Notes: generated by a model from the sequence alone, not told the origin. A stretch of 64,000 nt of DNA from an uncultured Nitrospiraceae bacterium (GCA_963846575.1 CAWJWJ010000001.1:864001-928000), one strand, 5' to 3'; counted from the stretch's first letter, positions 10,471-19,816 are shown. Program-made: numbers and translations.

Positions 10471-11463
10471 ATGCAGTCTACAAGTCCGACCAAGGTCATT
10501 ATCGATACTGATCCCGGGGCTGACGATGCCCTGGCAATCCTGCTGGCTTTGGCCTCCCCGGAATTGGAAGTGGTGGGATTGACGACGGTGTGCGGGAATG
10601 TACCGGTCGGTCAGGCCACAAAGAATTTACTTAGAATTCTCAGTCTCGCAAAAACACCCCCGGGGCTGTTAGTGGGGCAGGGAGCAGCGAGACCGTTGGA
10701 GGAAGCGCTGGTGACAGCGCTGCAAGTCCATGGGAGCGACGGGCTTGGCGAATTGGATCGGATGCTCACCGCGGCGGGGACGCCACGGTATCCTTCGGCC
10801 CGGTTGCCGTCGGTGCTACCCACCGCCCAGGATGTGTGGACGGATTGCGTGCGTCGATATCCCGATGAAGTGACCCTGATTACGCTCGGGCCACTGACAA
10901 ATCTGGCGCTGGGCTTGAAAGTGAATTCCTTGACGGTCCAGAAGTTTCACGCGGTTATTGCAATGGGCGGCGCCCTCGGCGTGCCTGGAAATATCTCCCC
11001 CGCGGCCGAATTCAATATGTACGTAGATCCGCATGCCGCCCATCGAGTGTTTCAGGCCTTGCTCCCATTGACTCTTGTACCACTCGACGTGACGACGCGT
11101 GTAGGGGTGACCCGAGATATCCTGGCGGGCTGGGCCGCCGAGTCGCGCAGCCCGCTCGAGTGCATTGTGGCTGATGTGACGGACAAGGCATTCGGTTTTG
11201 CGGAAGAATATGAAGGTCACGGGCTGTTTTATTTCCACGATCCACTGGCCGTCCTGGCAGCGATCGATCCCTCATTGATGAGGATTGAGTCTCTCCACGT
11301 ATCGGTTGAAATGGTGGGGCAAGTGGCTCGAGGAGTCACGATTGCCGATCGGCGTCTACGGAGACCTGAACAAAAGCCAATTCCGAACATGCGCGTGGCC
11401 ATCGATGTCGATGTGGACCGCGCGTTGCACCTGCTTCGGTCCCGCCTCTGCCCATGGTCATAG
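10471..11463 (+). CDS. Inosine/uridine-preferring nucleoside hydrolase
   Basis: IIDTDPGADD, LGPLTNLA, GNISPAAEFNMYVDPHAA, FHDPLA. Confidence 0.93.
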   Translation: MQSTSPTKVIIDTDPGADDALAILLALASPELEVVGLTTVCGNVPVGQATKNLLRILSLAKTPPGLLVGQGAARPLEEALVTALQVHGSDGLGELDRMLTAAGTPRYPSARLPSVLPTAQDVWTDCVRRYPDEVTLITLGPLTNLALGLKVNSLTVQKFHAVIAMGGALGVPGNISPAAEFNMYVDPHAAHRVFQALLPLTLVPLDVTTRVGVTRDILAGWAAESRSPLECIVADVTDKAFGFAEEYEGHGLFYFHDPLAVLAAIDPSLMRIESLHVSVEMVGQVARGVTIADRRLRRPEQKPIPNMRVAIDVDVDRALHLLRSRLCPWS

Positions 11464-12371
11464 TTATCGGTTCCAGCAATATTGATTTCGCCGTGACGAC
11501 CGACCGATTCCCCGCATCTGGCGAAACCGTGATCGGACACTATTTCGCCCAATCGTTCGGCGGGAAAGGGGCGAATCAGGCCGTCGCCGCCGCCAGGGCG
11601 GGAGCGCAGGTCGTCTTTCTTAGCAAGATCGGCAGGGACGCTCACGGGCGATTGATTGAAGATCATTTGGCCGCTCAGGGACTGAATCACCTCGCCCTGC
11701 TTCGTGACGAACGGGCGCCGACCGGCGTGGCAATGATTCTTGTCAATGAAAGAGGTGACAATCAGATCGCAGTCGTTCCAGGCAGCAACGGTTGTCTCAC
11801 GCCTGATGAAGTCCGGCAGAACGCTACGCTGATGGCGGGCGCGCGAGTACTGCTGGTCCAGATGGAAATTCCGACAGAGACGGTTCTCGCAGCACTGACT
11901 CTCGCCAAGCAGTTGGGTCTCATCACGATTCTCAACCCAGCTCCGGCTGGTCCCTTATCGTCGGAGATTCTGCGGTTGGTGGACATCCTGACCCCCAATA
12001 GGCTGGAAGCTCAGACGCTTGCCGGATCGGCCGATGTCGCGGAGGCGGCTCATCTCCTGACGGCGCGTGGCGTAGGGGCCGTGGTGGTGACATGTGGCGT
12101 GGAGGGAGCGGTGCTGTACCGGACCAAGAGCGTGATCTCCATCCCGGCATTCCCTGTCGCTGCGATTGACTCGACCGGTGCCGGGGATGCTTTTAATGGT
12201 GCGCTTGCCTATGTTGTGGCTGATGGCATGCCATTGGAGTCGGCCATTGTGACGGCCAATGCTGCCGGAGCGTTAGCGACCACCAGACGAGGCGCCCAGG
12301 CGTCGATGCCAACCAAGCGGGAAATTGCCACGTTGCTTCATTCAGGGGAACAGAAGTTTCCGTCGGCATAG
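11454..12371 (+). CDS. rbsK: Ribokinase (PfkB family)
   Basis: GSSNID, GGKGANQAVAAARAG, LNPAPA, DSTGAGDAFNG; overlaps the nucleoside hydrolase stop. Confidence 0.93.
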   Translation: MVIVIGSSNIDFAVTTDRFPASGETVIGHYFAQSFGGKGANQAVAAARAGAQVVFLSKIGRDAHGRLIEDHLAAQGLNHLALLRDERAPTGVAMILVNERGDNQIAVVPGSNGCLTPDEVRQNATLMAGARVLLVQMEIPTETVLAALTLAKQLGLITILNPAPAGPLSSEILRLVDILTPNRLEAQTLAGSADVAEAAHLLTARGVGAVVVTCGVEGAVLYRTKSVISIPAFPVAAIDSTGAGDAFNGALAYVVADGMPLESAIVTANAAGALATTRRGAQASMPTKREIATLLHSGEQKFPSA

Positions 12372-12572
12372 GTCTGGCAGTGCGCGTCTCGCCTGATACT
12401 TGAACGGTGGTGCGGTAGGACAAGTGTCCGGGGCGAATGCCCTTCCGTAAAACGCTGCGTGCTCGCCGGTTTAAAGCTACGATTCAGTGCCTGTATCTGG
12501 CGGTGAGGTGGAGGTGTCTTACCCTCGGCAGGGTGGCGGTCCGATTCGTCGCTCACAAAGGCATTAACGACC

Positions 12573-13127
12573 CTACAGGCTACCATCTCGGCTATCTTTG
12601 TTCGTGTTCAGCCAAGGCCGTAACGTGCAAAAGGCACTTAACATCGTCTCATATAAATAAGCAGCGTTCCGTCCGCTGGGGTTGGGGAGAAGTACAACGG
12701 CGGAGTCATGCAGGAGGACTGGTTGCAGGCCTGGTTTGCGAGATTTCTGTCTTGCCTCGAGAGGGAACACAACGGGATAGAGTGTCATACCAAGCAGTGC
12801 AACTACCCGAGGACGATACCGACGAACCTTGCGCATAAGAGCCAGCCGACCCGCAGCATAGTCGTCCGAGGTTAGGCCATCCATGCCCGCGGTGGCTCTA
12901 GGGACGAGGTTGGTCAGCCCGATCCCCCACTGAGGGAGCCGGGCGTCATCGCGGTAGCTCAGTGGTTCCGGTACTAGAGCCGCCTCATACAACAGCTTCC
13001 AAAAACGATTGGTTGCACCGGCATAATGGTGTTTGAGGGCAGCGGAGCGTAACCCAGGGTTGATGCCAACGAATAAAATGCTCAGGTCGGACGCCAGATA
13101 GTCAGGGAGTACGGATCGCGATGTCAT
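12573..13127 (-). CDS. mug: G/U mismatch-specific DNA glycosylase (UDG family 2)
   Basis: ILFVGINPG, HHYAGATNRFWKLL, GIGLTN, LPNPSGRNA. Start trimmed to 13127. Confidence 0.9.
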   Translation of the reverse strand: MTSRSVLPDYLASDLSILFVGINPGLRSAALKHHYAGATNRFWKLLYEAALVPEPLSYRDDARLPQWGIGLTNLVPRATAGMDGLTSDDYAAGRLALMRKVRRYRPRVVALLGMTLYPVVFPLEARQKSRKPGLQPVLLHDSAVVLLPNPSGRNAAYLYETMLSAFCTLRPWLNTNKDSRDGSL

Positions 13128-13293
13128 ACTAGTTTCAGCGGTTCCGCCTGGTTCCGCCTCCGTGCAAGTGATTGCGCTGGTGGTCGATGCCATTGGCTGA
13201 TGAGGCAGTTTAGTTTAAGGCGCGCTATTCTGCCACAGGGCGAGAGCGGGTCCTGAATAAGAACTTCGCTCGGGTTTCGGCTGACTTTTATAA

Positions 13294-13338
13294 AAACAAC
13301 GGGTTGGAAATACATCCATGGTCGGCAAGGACTTTGCT
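13294..13338 (+). promoter_or_regulatory. Putative sigma54 (-24/-12) promoter with upstream IHF-like site
   Basis: CGGCAAG-GACT-TTGCT at 13323-13338 has exact GG-N10-GC spacing. AAACAACGGGTTG at 13294-13306 matches WATCAANNNNTTR with one mismatch and follows an AT tract. Confidence 0.6.
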
Positions 13339-13392
13339 TTACGCAGGGCAGTCGGTGTTCGGTAATCTCAACATAACAGGAGGTGAGTGAGA

Positions 13393-13611
13393 ATGAAGAA
13401 GTTGATGTTGACAGTGATGGCGGCCGCTTTGTTGGTTGTGTTCAGCGCTCCTTCTTTCGCCGGTGAGGGCAAGAAGAAGGACGAGAAGAAGGGTGGACAC
13501 TTCTCTGAGACGTTCATGGGTGAAGAGAAGAAGAAGGACGAGAAGAAGGGCGGACACCTCTCCCAGACTGTGTTCGGAGAAGAGAAGAAGAAAGATAAGG
13601 GCGGAAAGTAA
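13393..13611 (+). CDS. Small secreted Lys/Glu-rich tandem-repeat protein (72 aa)
   Basis: Strong RBS AGGAGGTG; Sec signal MKKLMLTVMAAALLVVFSAPSFA; then 19-aa repeats GE(G/E)KKKDEKKGGH+6. Confidence 0.88.
   Translation: MKKLMLTVMAAALLVVFSAPSFAGEGKKKDEKKGGHFSETFMGEEKKKDEKKGGHLSQTVFGEEKKKDKGGK
13462..13611 (+). repeat. 57-bp coding tandem repeat, two full copies plus one partial
   Basis: Units at 13462-13518, 13519-13575 and 13576-13611; the two full units share the core aagaagaaggacgagaagaaggg(t/c)ggacac. Confidence 0.92.
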
Positions 13612-13632
13612 TTATCCTCTCTTGACGAGGCT

Positions 13633-13684
13633 AGGTGGGTTGGGAGGTCTGTCGCTCTTCTGGCGAAGACCTTTCAACCCGCCT
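13633..13684. terminator. Long hairpin between convergent genes (putative terminator or 3' stabiliser)
   Basis: AGGTGGGTTGGGAGGTCTGTCGC pairs with GCGAAGACCTTTCAACCCGCCT (about 22 bp with G-U pairs and one bulge); no U-tract. Confidence 0.55.
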
Positions 13685-14201
13685 CCTGACGCCGCCCTTG
13701 CCTGATGTAGACCGCCTGTAACCCGACGATAGTTTTTCCGTCTCGAATAGTCCCGTCCTCAATTTTCTGAATTGCCTCCTGCAGCGGCATTTCCACCACC
13801 TCCAAGACTTCATCCTGATCCAGGTTTTGTGTTCCAATTGTCAGGCCGGTCGCAAGGTAGATGTGGATGACTTCATCGGCAAAGCCCGGTGCGGTGAAGA
13901 TACTTGTAAGAAGTTCGAATCGCCCCGCTCTATAACCAATCTCTTCCTCCAGTTCACGTGCCGCACAGTCCAGCGGGTCTTCTTGCGGATGCAGTTTTCC
14001 GGCCGGGATTTCGTAAATAAATCCATTCGCTGCATGCCGGAATTGACGAATCAGTACGACCGTTCCGTCTGATTTTAAGGGGACAACGGCGGAGGCCCCG
14101 GGATGACGGATGACCTCCAAATCGATCGTATGGCCGTTCGGTAGGCGTACGGTATCGATGTTGAGGGTGACCACCGTGCCTTTGTAGATCGGTTTGACCA
14201 T
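13674..14201 (-). CDS. NUDIX hydrolase (ADP-ribose pyrophosphatase-like)
   Basis: EIPAGKLHPQEDPLDCAARELEEEIG Nudix box; RQFRH; APGFADE; IRDGKT. Confidence 0.92.
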   Translation of the reverse strand: MVKPIYKGTVVTLNIDTVRLPNGHTIDLEVIRHPGASAVVPLKSDGTVVLIRQFRHAANGFIYEIPAGKLHPQEDPLDCAARELEEEIGYRAGRFELLTSIFTAPGFADEVIHIYLATGLTIGTQNLDQDEVLEVVEMPLQEAIQKIEDGTIRDGKTIVGLQAVYIRQGRRQEAG

Positions 14202-14205
14202 GATT

Positions 14206-15315
14206 CTAAGGAGCCCCGTAGACTTTTCTGTAAAATGGCGGTTTCACAACAACGGCCGGACAAGATTTGCCTCGAATATCAATCAGGATGGGAGAGCCGG
14301 GCTGGGCGTCCGCAGGTGGGACATAGCCCATGCCGATACCTTTTTGCAGAATGGGGGATAGGTTTCCGCTGGTGACCTCACCCATCTCGTCATGTGGAGC
14401 CTCTGCCCTCAAAATTTTGAATCCATGGCGTGGTACAGCTTTTTCCACGAGTTCGAAGGCGACCAATTGCCGACTCACTCCACGGGATTGTTGGGCCAGG
14501 AGTTCAGCGCGGCCGACAAACTCGCCCTTATCGAACTTCACCACCCATTCCGCACCGGCTTCGAGAGGTGTCCTCTCCTCGGTCATGTCGTTGCCGTACA
14601 GCAGATAAGCCATTTCGAGACGCAACAGATCTCGTGCTCCTAAACCTGCGGGCTTGATACCGAGGGGACTGCCAGTGTTGAGTAGTCGATGCCAGACCTC
14701 AGGCGCGCCTTCCGCGGGGAGATATAGTTCGTAGCCCAATTCACCAGTGTAGCCTGTGCGCGTAAGAAGCACCGATCGCCCACACAGACTCGCGTTCAGG
14801 CAATGACGAACCTTCAGGGTCTCGAGATCTGCGAGGCCAGCTCGAGTCAGGATCTCACGTGAGGCAGGACCTTGAATGGCAATTTGCGCGAGTGTGGAGG
14901 ACAGGTCCTGAACTTTGCAGTCCTGAGCCGGTGAGAGTTGCTCGTGCAGCCATGCGACGATCTTTGCTCGATTGGACGCGTTGACACAGACGAGAAACTC
15001 GAATGGCTTCACGTGATAGACAAAAATGTCATCCATGATGCCCCCGGTTGGGGCACAGATCATGGAGTAGTGAGACTGGCCCACAGATAACTTCGAAACG
15101 TCGTTGGTGGTGACGCCTTGTAAGAAGGTGAACGCTCCCTGTCCGGTCACACCGACGCGGCCCATGTGACTGACGTCAAACAGGCCGGCATGGTGGCGGA
15201 CAGTTAAGTATTCATCGACGACGCCCGAATACTGGATGGGCATTTCCCATCCGGCGAAGTCCACGAGCTTACCCTGTAGCTTCCGATGAGCGTCGATTAA
15301 AGGGGTCTGTAGCAT
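14206..15315 (-). CDS. gcvT: Glycine cleavage aminomethyltransferase T
   Basis: FAGWEMPIQY, GLFDVSHMG, TRTGYTGELGYE, GLGARDLLRLE. Confidence 0.97.
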   Translation of the reverse strand: MLQTPLIDAHRKLQGKLVDFAGWEMPIQYSGVVDEYLTVRHHAGLFDVSHMGRVGVTGQGAFTFLQGVTTNDVSKLSVGQSHYSMICAPTGGIMDDIFVYHVKPFEFLVCVNASNRAKIVAWLHEQLSPAQDCKVQDLSSTLAQIAIQGPASREILTRAGLADLETLKVRHCLNASLCGRSVLLTRTGYTGELGYELYLPAEGAPEVWHRLLNTGSPLGIKPAGLGARDLLRLEMAYLLYGNDMTEERTPLEAGAEWVVKFDKGEFVGRAELLAQQSRGVSRQLVAFELVEKAVPRHGFKILRAEAPHDEMGEVTSGNLSPILQKGIGMGYVPPADAQPGSPILIDIRGKSCPAVVVKPPFYRKVYGAP

Positions 15316-15369
15316 CGGCTGTATAGGGATTGCAGTCTTTCGGAGAGATAGACGCGCAACCAGCTCGTC

Positions 15370-15819
15370 CTATTTGACTTCCAATAGTTCGACGTCAAAT
15401 ACGAGCGTGGCGTTGGGGGGAATGACACCGCCGGCTCCCCGAGCCCCATAGCCCAACTGCGGGGGAATAGTCAGCTTTCGTTTTCCTCCAACCTTCATTC
15501 CTGCCACGCCTTCATCCCATCCACGAATCACCTTGCCCGCACCGATCGGAAAGGAGAATGGATCGCGGCGGTCCAGCGAACTGTCGAACTTGGTGCCATT
15601 GGTCAGCCAGCCTGTATAGTGGACCGTAACGAGATTTCCTGTGGCCGCTTCTCGGCCTGTTCCTACCAGAATGTCTACGTACTTCAAGCCGGAGTCCGTG
15701 GTGACCTCTGGGTTCGAGCCCGTTTGTTCACTTTGTGCCATGTTTGGCCTCCCTATATTCAGGAAAAAGAAGATTACGATAACGCAAGTGATAAGCCAGA
15801 AGCGAGTGTGAGTATTCAT
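15370..15819 (-). CDS. FKBP-type peptidyl-prolyl isomerase with signal or anchor
   Basis: VHYTGWLTNGTKFDSS, VIRGWDEG, IPPNATLVFDVELL. Confidence 0.95.
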   Translation of the reverse strand: MNTHTRFWLITCVIVIFFFLNIGRPNMAQSEQTGSNPEVTTDSGLKYVDILVGTGREAATGNLVTVHYTGWLTNGTKFDSSLDRRDPFSFPIGAGKVIRGWDEGVAGMKVGGKRKLTIPPQLGYGARGAGGVIPPNATLVFDVELLEVK

Positions 15820-15903
15820 GAGTCCTTCCCTATGCAGCCATTGAGTCTCTCGTGGCGGGTTGCGTCAGCCAATATGGCAGTAGCGGTTACCACTGGATGT
15901 TCG

Positions 15904-17106
15904 TCATCGGGCCGGCTTTGAAAATATCGCAATGCTCGCTGTATACCCGTGGAGGAAATTCCGTCCTCCCACCGGGCCTACTTCGCCTTGAGCGAAAAAT
16001 CCTGAGACCGGAATGCCGCCGAACTGTTGCTGCAGCGCGCCTGCATCATGGTTCGGGACGCCGAACAGCCCTTTTCCGCGTCCGCAACAACTGAATAAAA
16101 GGGCGCCACGCGGGGGCGACGATTCGGTGAGCAGCGGGGATGCCAGTAGGGCGTGGAGATCCTGATCGGCGGACTGCGCATCGCGGACCTGAAATTGGAC
16201 GGTTTGTCCTTCCTGAACGACATCTCCAATGACGATGGCCCCCGTTTGCTGATCGGCTCCGATCAGATTGCGGACCAGAAAGTCTCCGCGGGTGAAGTGC
16301 GCCCGATGTTCGTCCATGGCAATGCCGATATGGAGCGCCCGCTGTGCTTGCGCCCGTTCCTCCGCGCTGAGCTGACCGAACACCGTTTGCAAGCACTGCA
16401 AGGCTGGCACACCACCGAGTTCTTGAATGACGTTGTGTTCCGCCTTAGTCACGATGAACCGATCGCCGATTGGGCGACACCCCTGAGAGATGACCGTCTG
16501 CACGGTGATGTTTCCGCCCAAGGCCACGCCGACTAGGCCATCGGTGTGCACCTGATCGTCAAGGAATAGGCGATTACCGCCGACGTCCTGTCCTCCTCCA
16601 GCCAGCCCACCGAGCGTGCGGACGCCAGGATAGCGTTCTTCGATCACGGTCAGCACATCCTGCATGGGCGTGGAGAAGGGGTCTGCAAACAGTAGCATGA
16701 CCGGTGCGGCCTCGCCGGCAACGCGCGGCTCCGGCCACCCGCGTAATGAGAAGTGGTCGTTGATGCTTGAGAAGGAGAGTCGCAACGGCTGCATACTGAC
16801 TTCTGGCAGGTGGGCGGCCCAGAGAGTGGCTGCCGGCCCCGTTTCGACTTCCCGATCCATGGCGATGATCCCTTCGCCCGTGCAGCCGAGAAATGTCTCC
16901 GGGTCGAGCGCGGTGCGGAGTGCCTGTGAGAGAGCCTCAGCCTGATCGGCGTGCTCAGCGGAGATAAACAAAAATGCGACATCGATTCGAGCCGCACCCA
17001 ATTGGTTACGGATCGCCCGCACCAATTCCTCGGCGGCGTTGTGTATGTCGCTCTGCCGCGACAGGGCAGAAGCAAACAGGAATGTCGATGGAGGAGTCAC
17101 GATCAC
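15904..17106 (-). CDS. FIST N/C domain protein (NosP-like)
   Basis: LGCTGEG, GGLAGG, SQGCRPIG, LFSCCGRG, GFFAQGEVGP, LHGYT. Confidence 0.88.
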   Translation of the reverse strand: MIVTPPSTFLFASALSRQSDIHNAAEELVRAIRNQLGAARIDVAFLFISAEHADQAEALSQALRTALDPETFLGCTGEGIIAMDREVETGPAATLWAAHLPEVSMQPLRLSFSSINDHFSLRGWPEPRVAGEAAPVMLLFADPFSTPMQDVLTVIEERYPGVRTLGGLAGGGQDVGGNRLFLDDQVHTDGLVGVALGGNITVQTVISQGCRPIGDRFIVTKAEHNVIQELGGVPALQCLQTVFGQLSAEERAQAQRALHIGIAMDEHRAHFTRGDFLVRNLIGADQQTGAIVIGDVVQEGQTVQFQVRDAQSADQDLHALLASPLLTESSPPRGALLFSCCGRGKGLFGVPNHDAGALQQQFGGIPVSGFFAQGEVGPVGGRNFLHGYTASIAIFSKPAR

Positions 17107-17149
17107 GGGTTGTATCTTCGCAGGCTGACCTAGGACCCTGTCGGGCGGA

Positions 17150-17377
17150 TTAAACCCCAGGGTTCGTGCGTTCAGGCCGATCCGAGGAAAGTTTTTTATA
17201 ATAGCGCCACATATACGAGTGATAATCGTCCAGTTGGGCGAGTAAGTAGTGCAATTCAGTCGGGTCTTGGGTTTCCAATGCCCGGGTCATCCGCACCTTC
17301 AAGAACTCTGCGAATTTATCGGTCTTCTCAATCGCTGTCAGAAGCGCGAGGCCGCCTCCCATATGATAATCAGACAT
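17150..17377 (-). CDS. Small hypothetical helical protein (75 aa)
   Basis: GGGAGG RBS before the ATG; clean ORF with natural composition, co-oriented with the FIST gene. Confidence 0.75.
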   Translation of the reverse strand: MSDYHMGGGLALLTAIEKTDKFAEFLKVRMTRALETQDPTELHYLLAQLDDYHSYMWRYYKKLSSDRPERTNPGV

Positions 17378-17470
17378 AGACCTCCCATGCCCAACCTGAT
17401 GAGGTGGAGAATAGACGCGGACTGCTCTAAAAGCAAGGTGCCTAGTGCGCCAGGGTGATTGCTGTGCTCA

Positions 17471-18730
17471 CTAAGGCGCTCTCATAGCGTCGTGGAGCAG
17501 GGCTCGCAGGCGCGGGATGGAAATGGCGTCTGCCCGATACCCGTCCCGTCCCACGACGGTGGTGGCTCCAGTGAGTGCATTCAGGATTGCTTCTTCCGTG
17601 GCTTCCACCGTGGCGGTGATCACTGGGTTCAGATGGGTATCGGCGAGCTGAGTGAGGGGGAAGGTCGGCTCGGCAGGGTAGTGTGGAATGATGTTGCCGG
17701 TGGAGAACGCCAACATAAAATCCCCGCTCCCATGACGCGCGGTGGACCCGGTTCGGGCAAGTCCCAAGGCAGCTCGTTTTCCGAGGCGGGTCAGTTGCCG
17801 TCCGTCCAGCGGGGCGTCGGTGGCGATGACGACGATGATCGATCCTTCGGCGTTGCCCGGGGTTCCTGTGTTCAGCGCGAGCGGCGTCTCCTGCCTCCGG
17901 GTGGGTAAGAGAGTCGATGGAGCGTTCTCGGCCTCATACCGTTGACCGACGGGCACCCCTCCCATCATGAGTTCGGCGCGTCGGCCGTGGTTCGCATTGA
18001 CGAGCACGCCGACCGTGAAGCCGCCAGCGGCATCAGGGAGTCGTCGCGAAGCGGTGCCGATGCCGCCCTTAAACCCGTAGGAGATCATGCCGGTGCCGGC
18101 TCCGACGCTCCCTTCCATGACGGGTCCGGTGGACGCCTCGTCCAGTGCTTGCATGACATCAGTTTCTGAAACATGACGTCCCTGGATATCATTCAGCCGG
18201 CTGTCATCGCATTCGGCCACGACCGGGGTTAATGTATCATCGGTGATCCCGATAGCGGGGTATTGCCGGAGCATCCAGCTCATGACTCCGTTGGCCACTC
18301 GCGGCACATTTAAAGTATTCGTCAGGGCGATGGGATACTCGAGAAATCCTGACTCCGCCACCCAGGCCAAGCCGGTCATCTCGCCAGTGCCGTTTAAGAC
18401 GAACGATCCCGCCGGGACTTTCTTGTGCCAGACATCGTCTCGAGGCACGATCACCGTGACACCGGTTCTGATCGGGCCCTCTCCGGGATGCAGCGGACCA
18501 TCACCCCGCATCAACGTCACCTGTCCGACTTTCACGCCTGGCACGTCGGTGATGGCATTCAACGGCCCGGGCGGTAGCTGGCCCGGACGTAATCCCAGCT
18601 CACGCGCACGGACTCGGTTTTTGGCTAAGTCGGTTAACGGCTCCAGGCTCCAGACGGGCGTAATGGTGACATTCAAGACTGTTACGAGGCAGACCGCTAA
18701 GGCATACAAGCTGTAGTGCGACGGGGTCAT
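17471..18730 (-). CDS. P1/S58-family (DmpA/BapA-like) aminopeptidase, probably exported
   Basis: NAITDVPGVKVG, PVVAECDD, EGSVGAGTGM, FKGGIGTASR, autoprocessing G|SIIVVIATDAP, GSGD; N-terminal signal-like segment. Confidence 0.92.
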   Translation of the reverse strand: MTPSHYSLYALAVCLVTVLNVTITPVWSLEPLTDLAKNRVRARELGLRPGQLPPGPLNAITDVPGVKVGQVTLMRGDGPLHPGEGPIRTGVTVIVPRDDVWHKKVPAGSFVLNGTGEMTGLAWVAESGFLEYPIALTNTLNVPRVANGVMSWMLRQYPAIGITDDTLTPVVAECDDSRLNDIQGRHVSETDVMQALDEASTGPVMEGSVGAGTGMISYGFKGGIGTASRRLPDAAGGFTVGVLVNANHGRRAELMMGGVPVGQRYEAENAPSTLLPTRRQETPLALNTGTPGNAEGSIIVVIATDAPLDGRQLTRLGKRAALGLARTGSTARHGSGDFMLAFSTGNIIPHYPAEPTFPLTQLADTHLNPVITATVEATEEAILNALTGATTVVGRDGYRADAISIPRLRALLHDAMRAP

Positions 18731-18972
18731 GTCTACCACTCTATTCCTCCGCTCAGGATTAGCTAAAGATGTGAGCTGTTTAGATCTCCAAGTGTCGCAT
18801 CTAGTTGAACCCACCACCGTTATACAAGAATTTTCACATTGTATGGCTGCCGCCCGAGACAGCACTTGTGTGTGCTTAGCCCGGTCGACGAATCCGCTCT
18901 GAGGAGCATGGGTGATAGTGGTGACTGAGACTCATGCTTGCCGCTCCTATGCTATGCAAGCTTGGCGGATTG

Positions 18973-19395
18973 TCAGAAGGGATAGGGGGTGAACAGCGAT
19001 TCCGGCCTGTGACGCACAAAAGCCTGGTGGATAACGACCCAGTTGGAATCGCAAATGAGTTGGTAGGCGTCGGCTCCGAAGCCGGATCGTGACAGGACCA
19101 GGTCCGGATCCACCGGAGACCAGGGTTTTACCAGCCATCCAAAGTTGACCCGTGAATATTTTGCGTTGAGAAACCGGTATGTCACGGTAGTGCCTATTTC
19201 GGCCTCTGTCATGGAGTCCGGTGCGCCTAGCACGTTGACCACTTCTCTCAATGTTGTGCGGCCCTCGGTGATGAAAGCGACATGCTGTGGGGTGAGAGGT
19301 GTGTTGATCGTGAGACGCGCGACATTGCAGCCCGTTAAGGTGGCGCCCGCCACGGTCGTGAGAATCAGCACGCCTAGAAGGCGCCGGATGGTCAT
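18973..19395 (-). CDS. SmpA/BamE-like lipoprotein
   Basis: Lipobox LTGC; ITEGRTTLREVVNVLGAPD motif. Confidence 0.7.
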   Translation of the reverse strand: MTIRRLLGVLILTTVAGATLTGCNVARLTINTPLTPQHVAFITEGRTTLREVVNVLGAPDSMTEAEIGTTVTYRFLNAKYSRVNFGWLVKPWSPVDPDLVLSRSGFGADAYQLICDSNWVVIHQAFVRHRPESLFTPYPF

Positions 19396-19399
19396 AGGT

Positions 19400-19786
19400 T
19401 CAATCCCCGAAAGGCCAAAAGCGGAATTCAAGCCCCTCCGTTCTCTTCGAGGCGATCACCTCCTCTACTGTCCCCTCGCGACTGATCAGGACGAATAAAT
19501 CGTCGCTCTTAACCGAGACTCGGGAAAAGTTTACGAGAATGAGCAGCAGGCTCCCGACCTTGGCATCGTAACGGTAGTATTGAAACAGGTCGCGACCATT
19601 CAGTTGAAGAATCCGGTCAGGGGCTCCGAGCTGGGACAGCACCTCCGATCTCGTTGTGACGCCTTTCTTGATTGTATTGATGGACTCTGTTTTCAGCTCG
19701 TCACCCAGGGTGCCTCGGCTGAACGCGCAGGCGTTCAACGTCAGTATCATGACGGCCAGAAGTGCCACGGGAGCTCGCATGCGCAT
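19400..19786 (-). CDS. SmpA/BamE-like lipoprotein
   Basis: GAGGAGG RBS; lipobox LNAC; IKKGVTTRSEVLSQLGAPD motif. Confidence 0.78.
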   Translation of the reverse strand: MRMRAPVALLAVMILTLNACAFSRGTLGDELKTESINTIKKGVTTRSEVLSQLGAPDRILQLNGRDLFQYYRYDAKVGSLLLILVNFSRVSVKSDDLFVLISREGTVEEVIASKRTEGLEFRFWPFGD

Positions 19787-19816
19787 TCCTCCTCTTAGTG
19801 TAGAAAGAAGCCTGTT

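Noticed and set aside
13462..13611. Regularly spaced direct repeats resembling a mini-CRISPR
   Set aside because: In-frame 57-bp coding repeats with synonymous variation; too few units, no cas genes, not palindromic.
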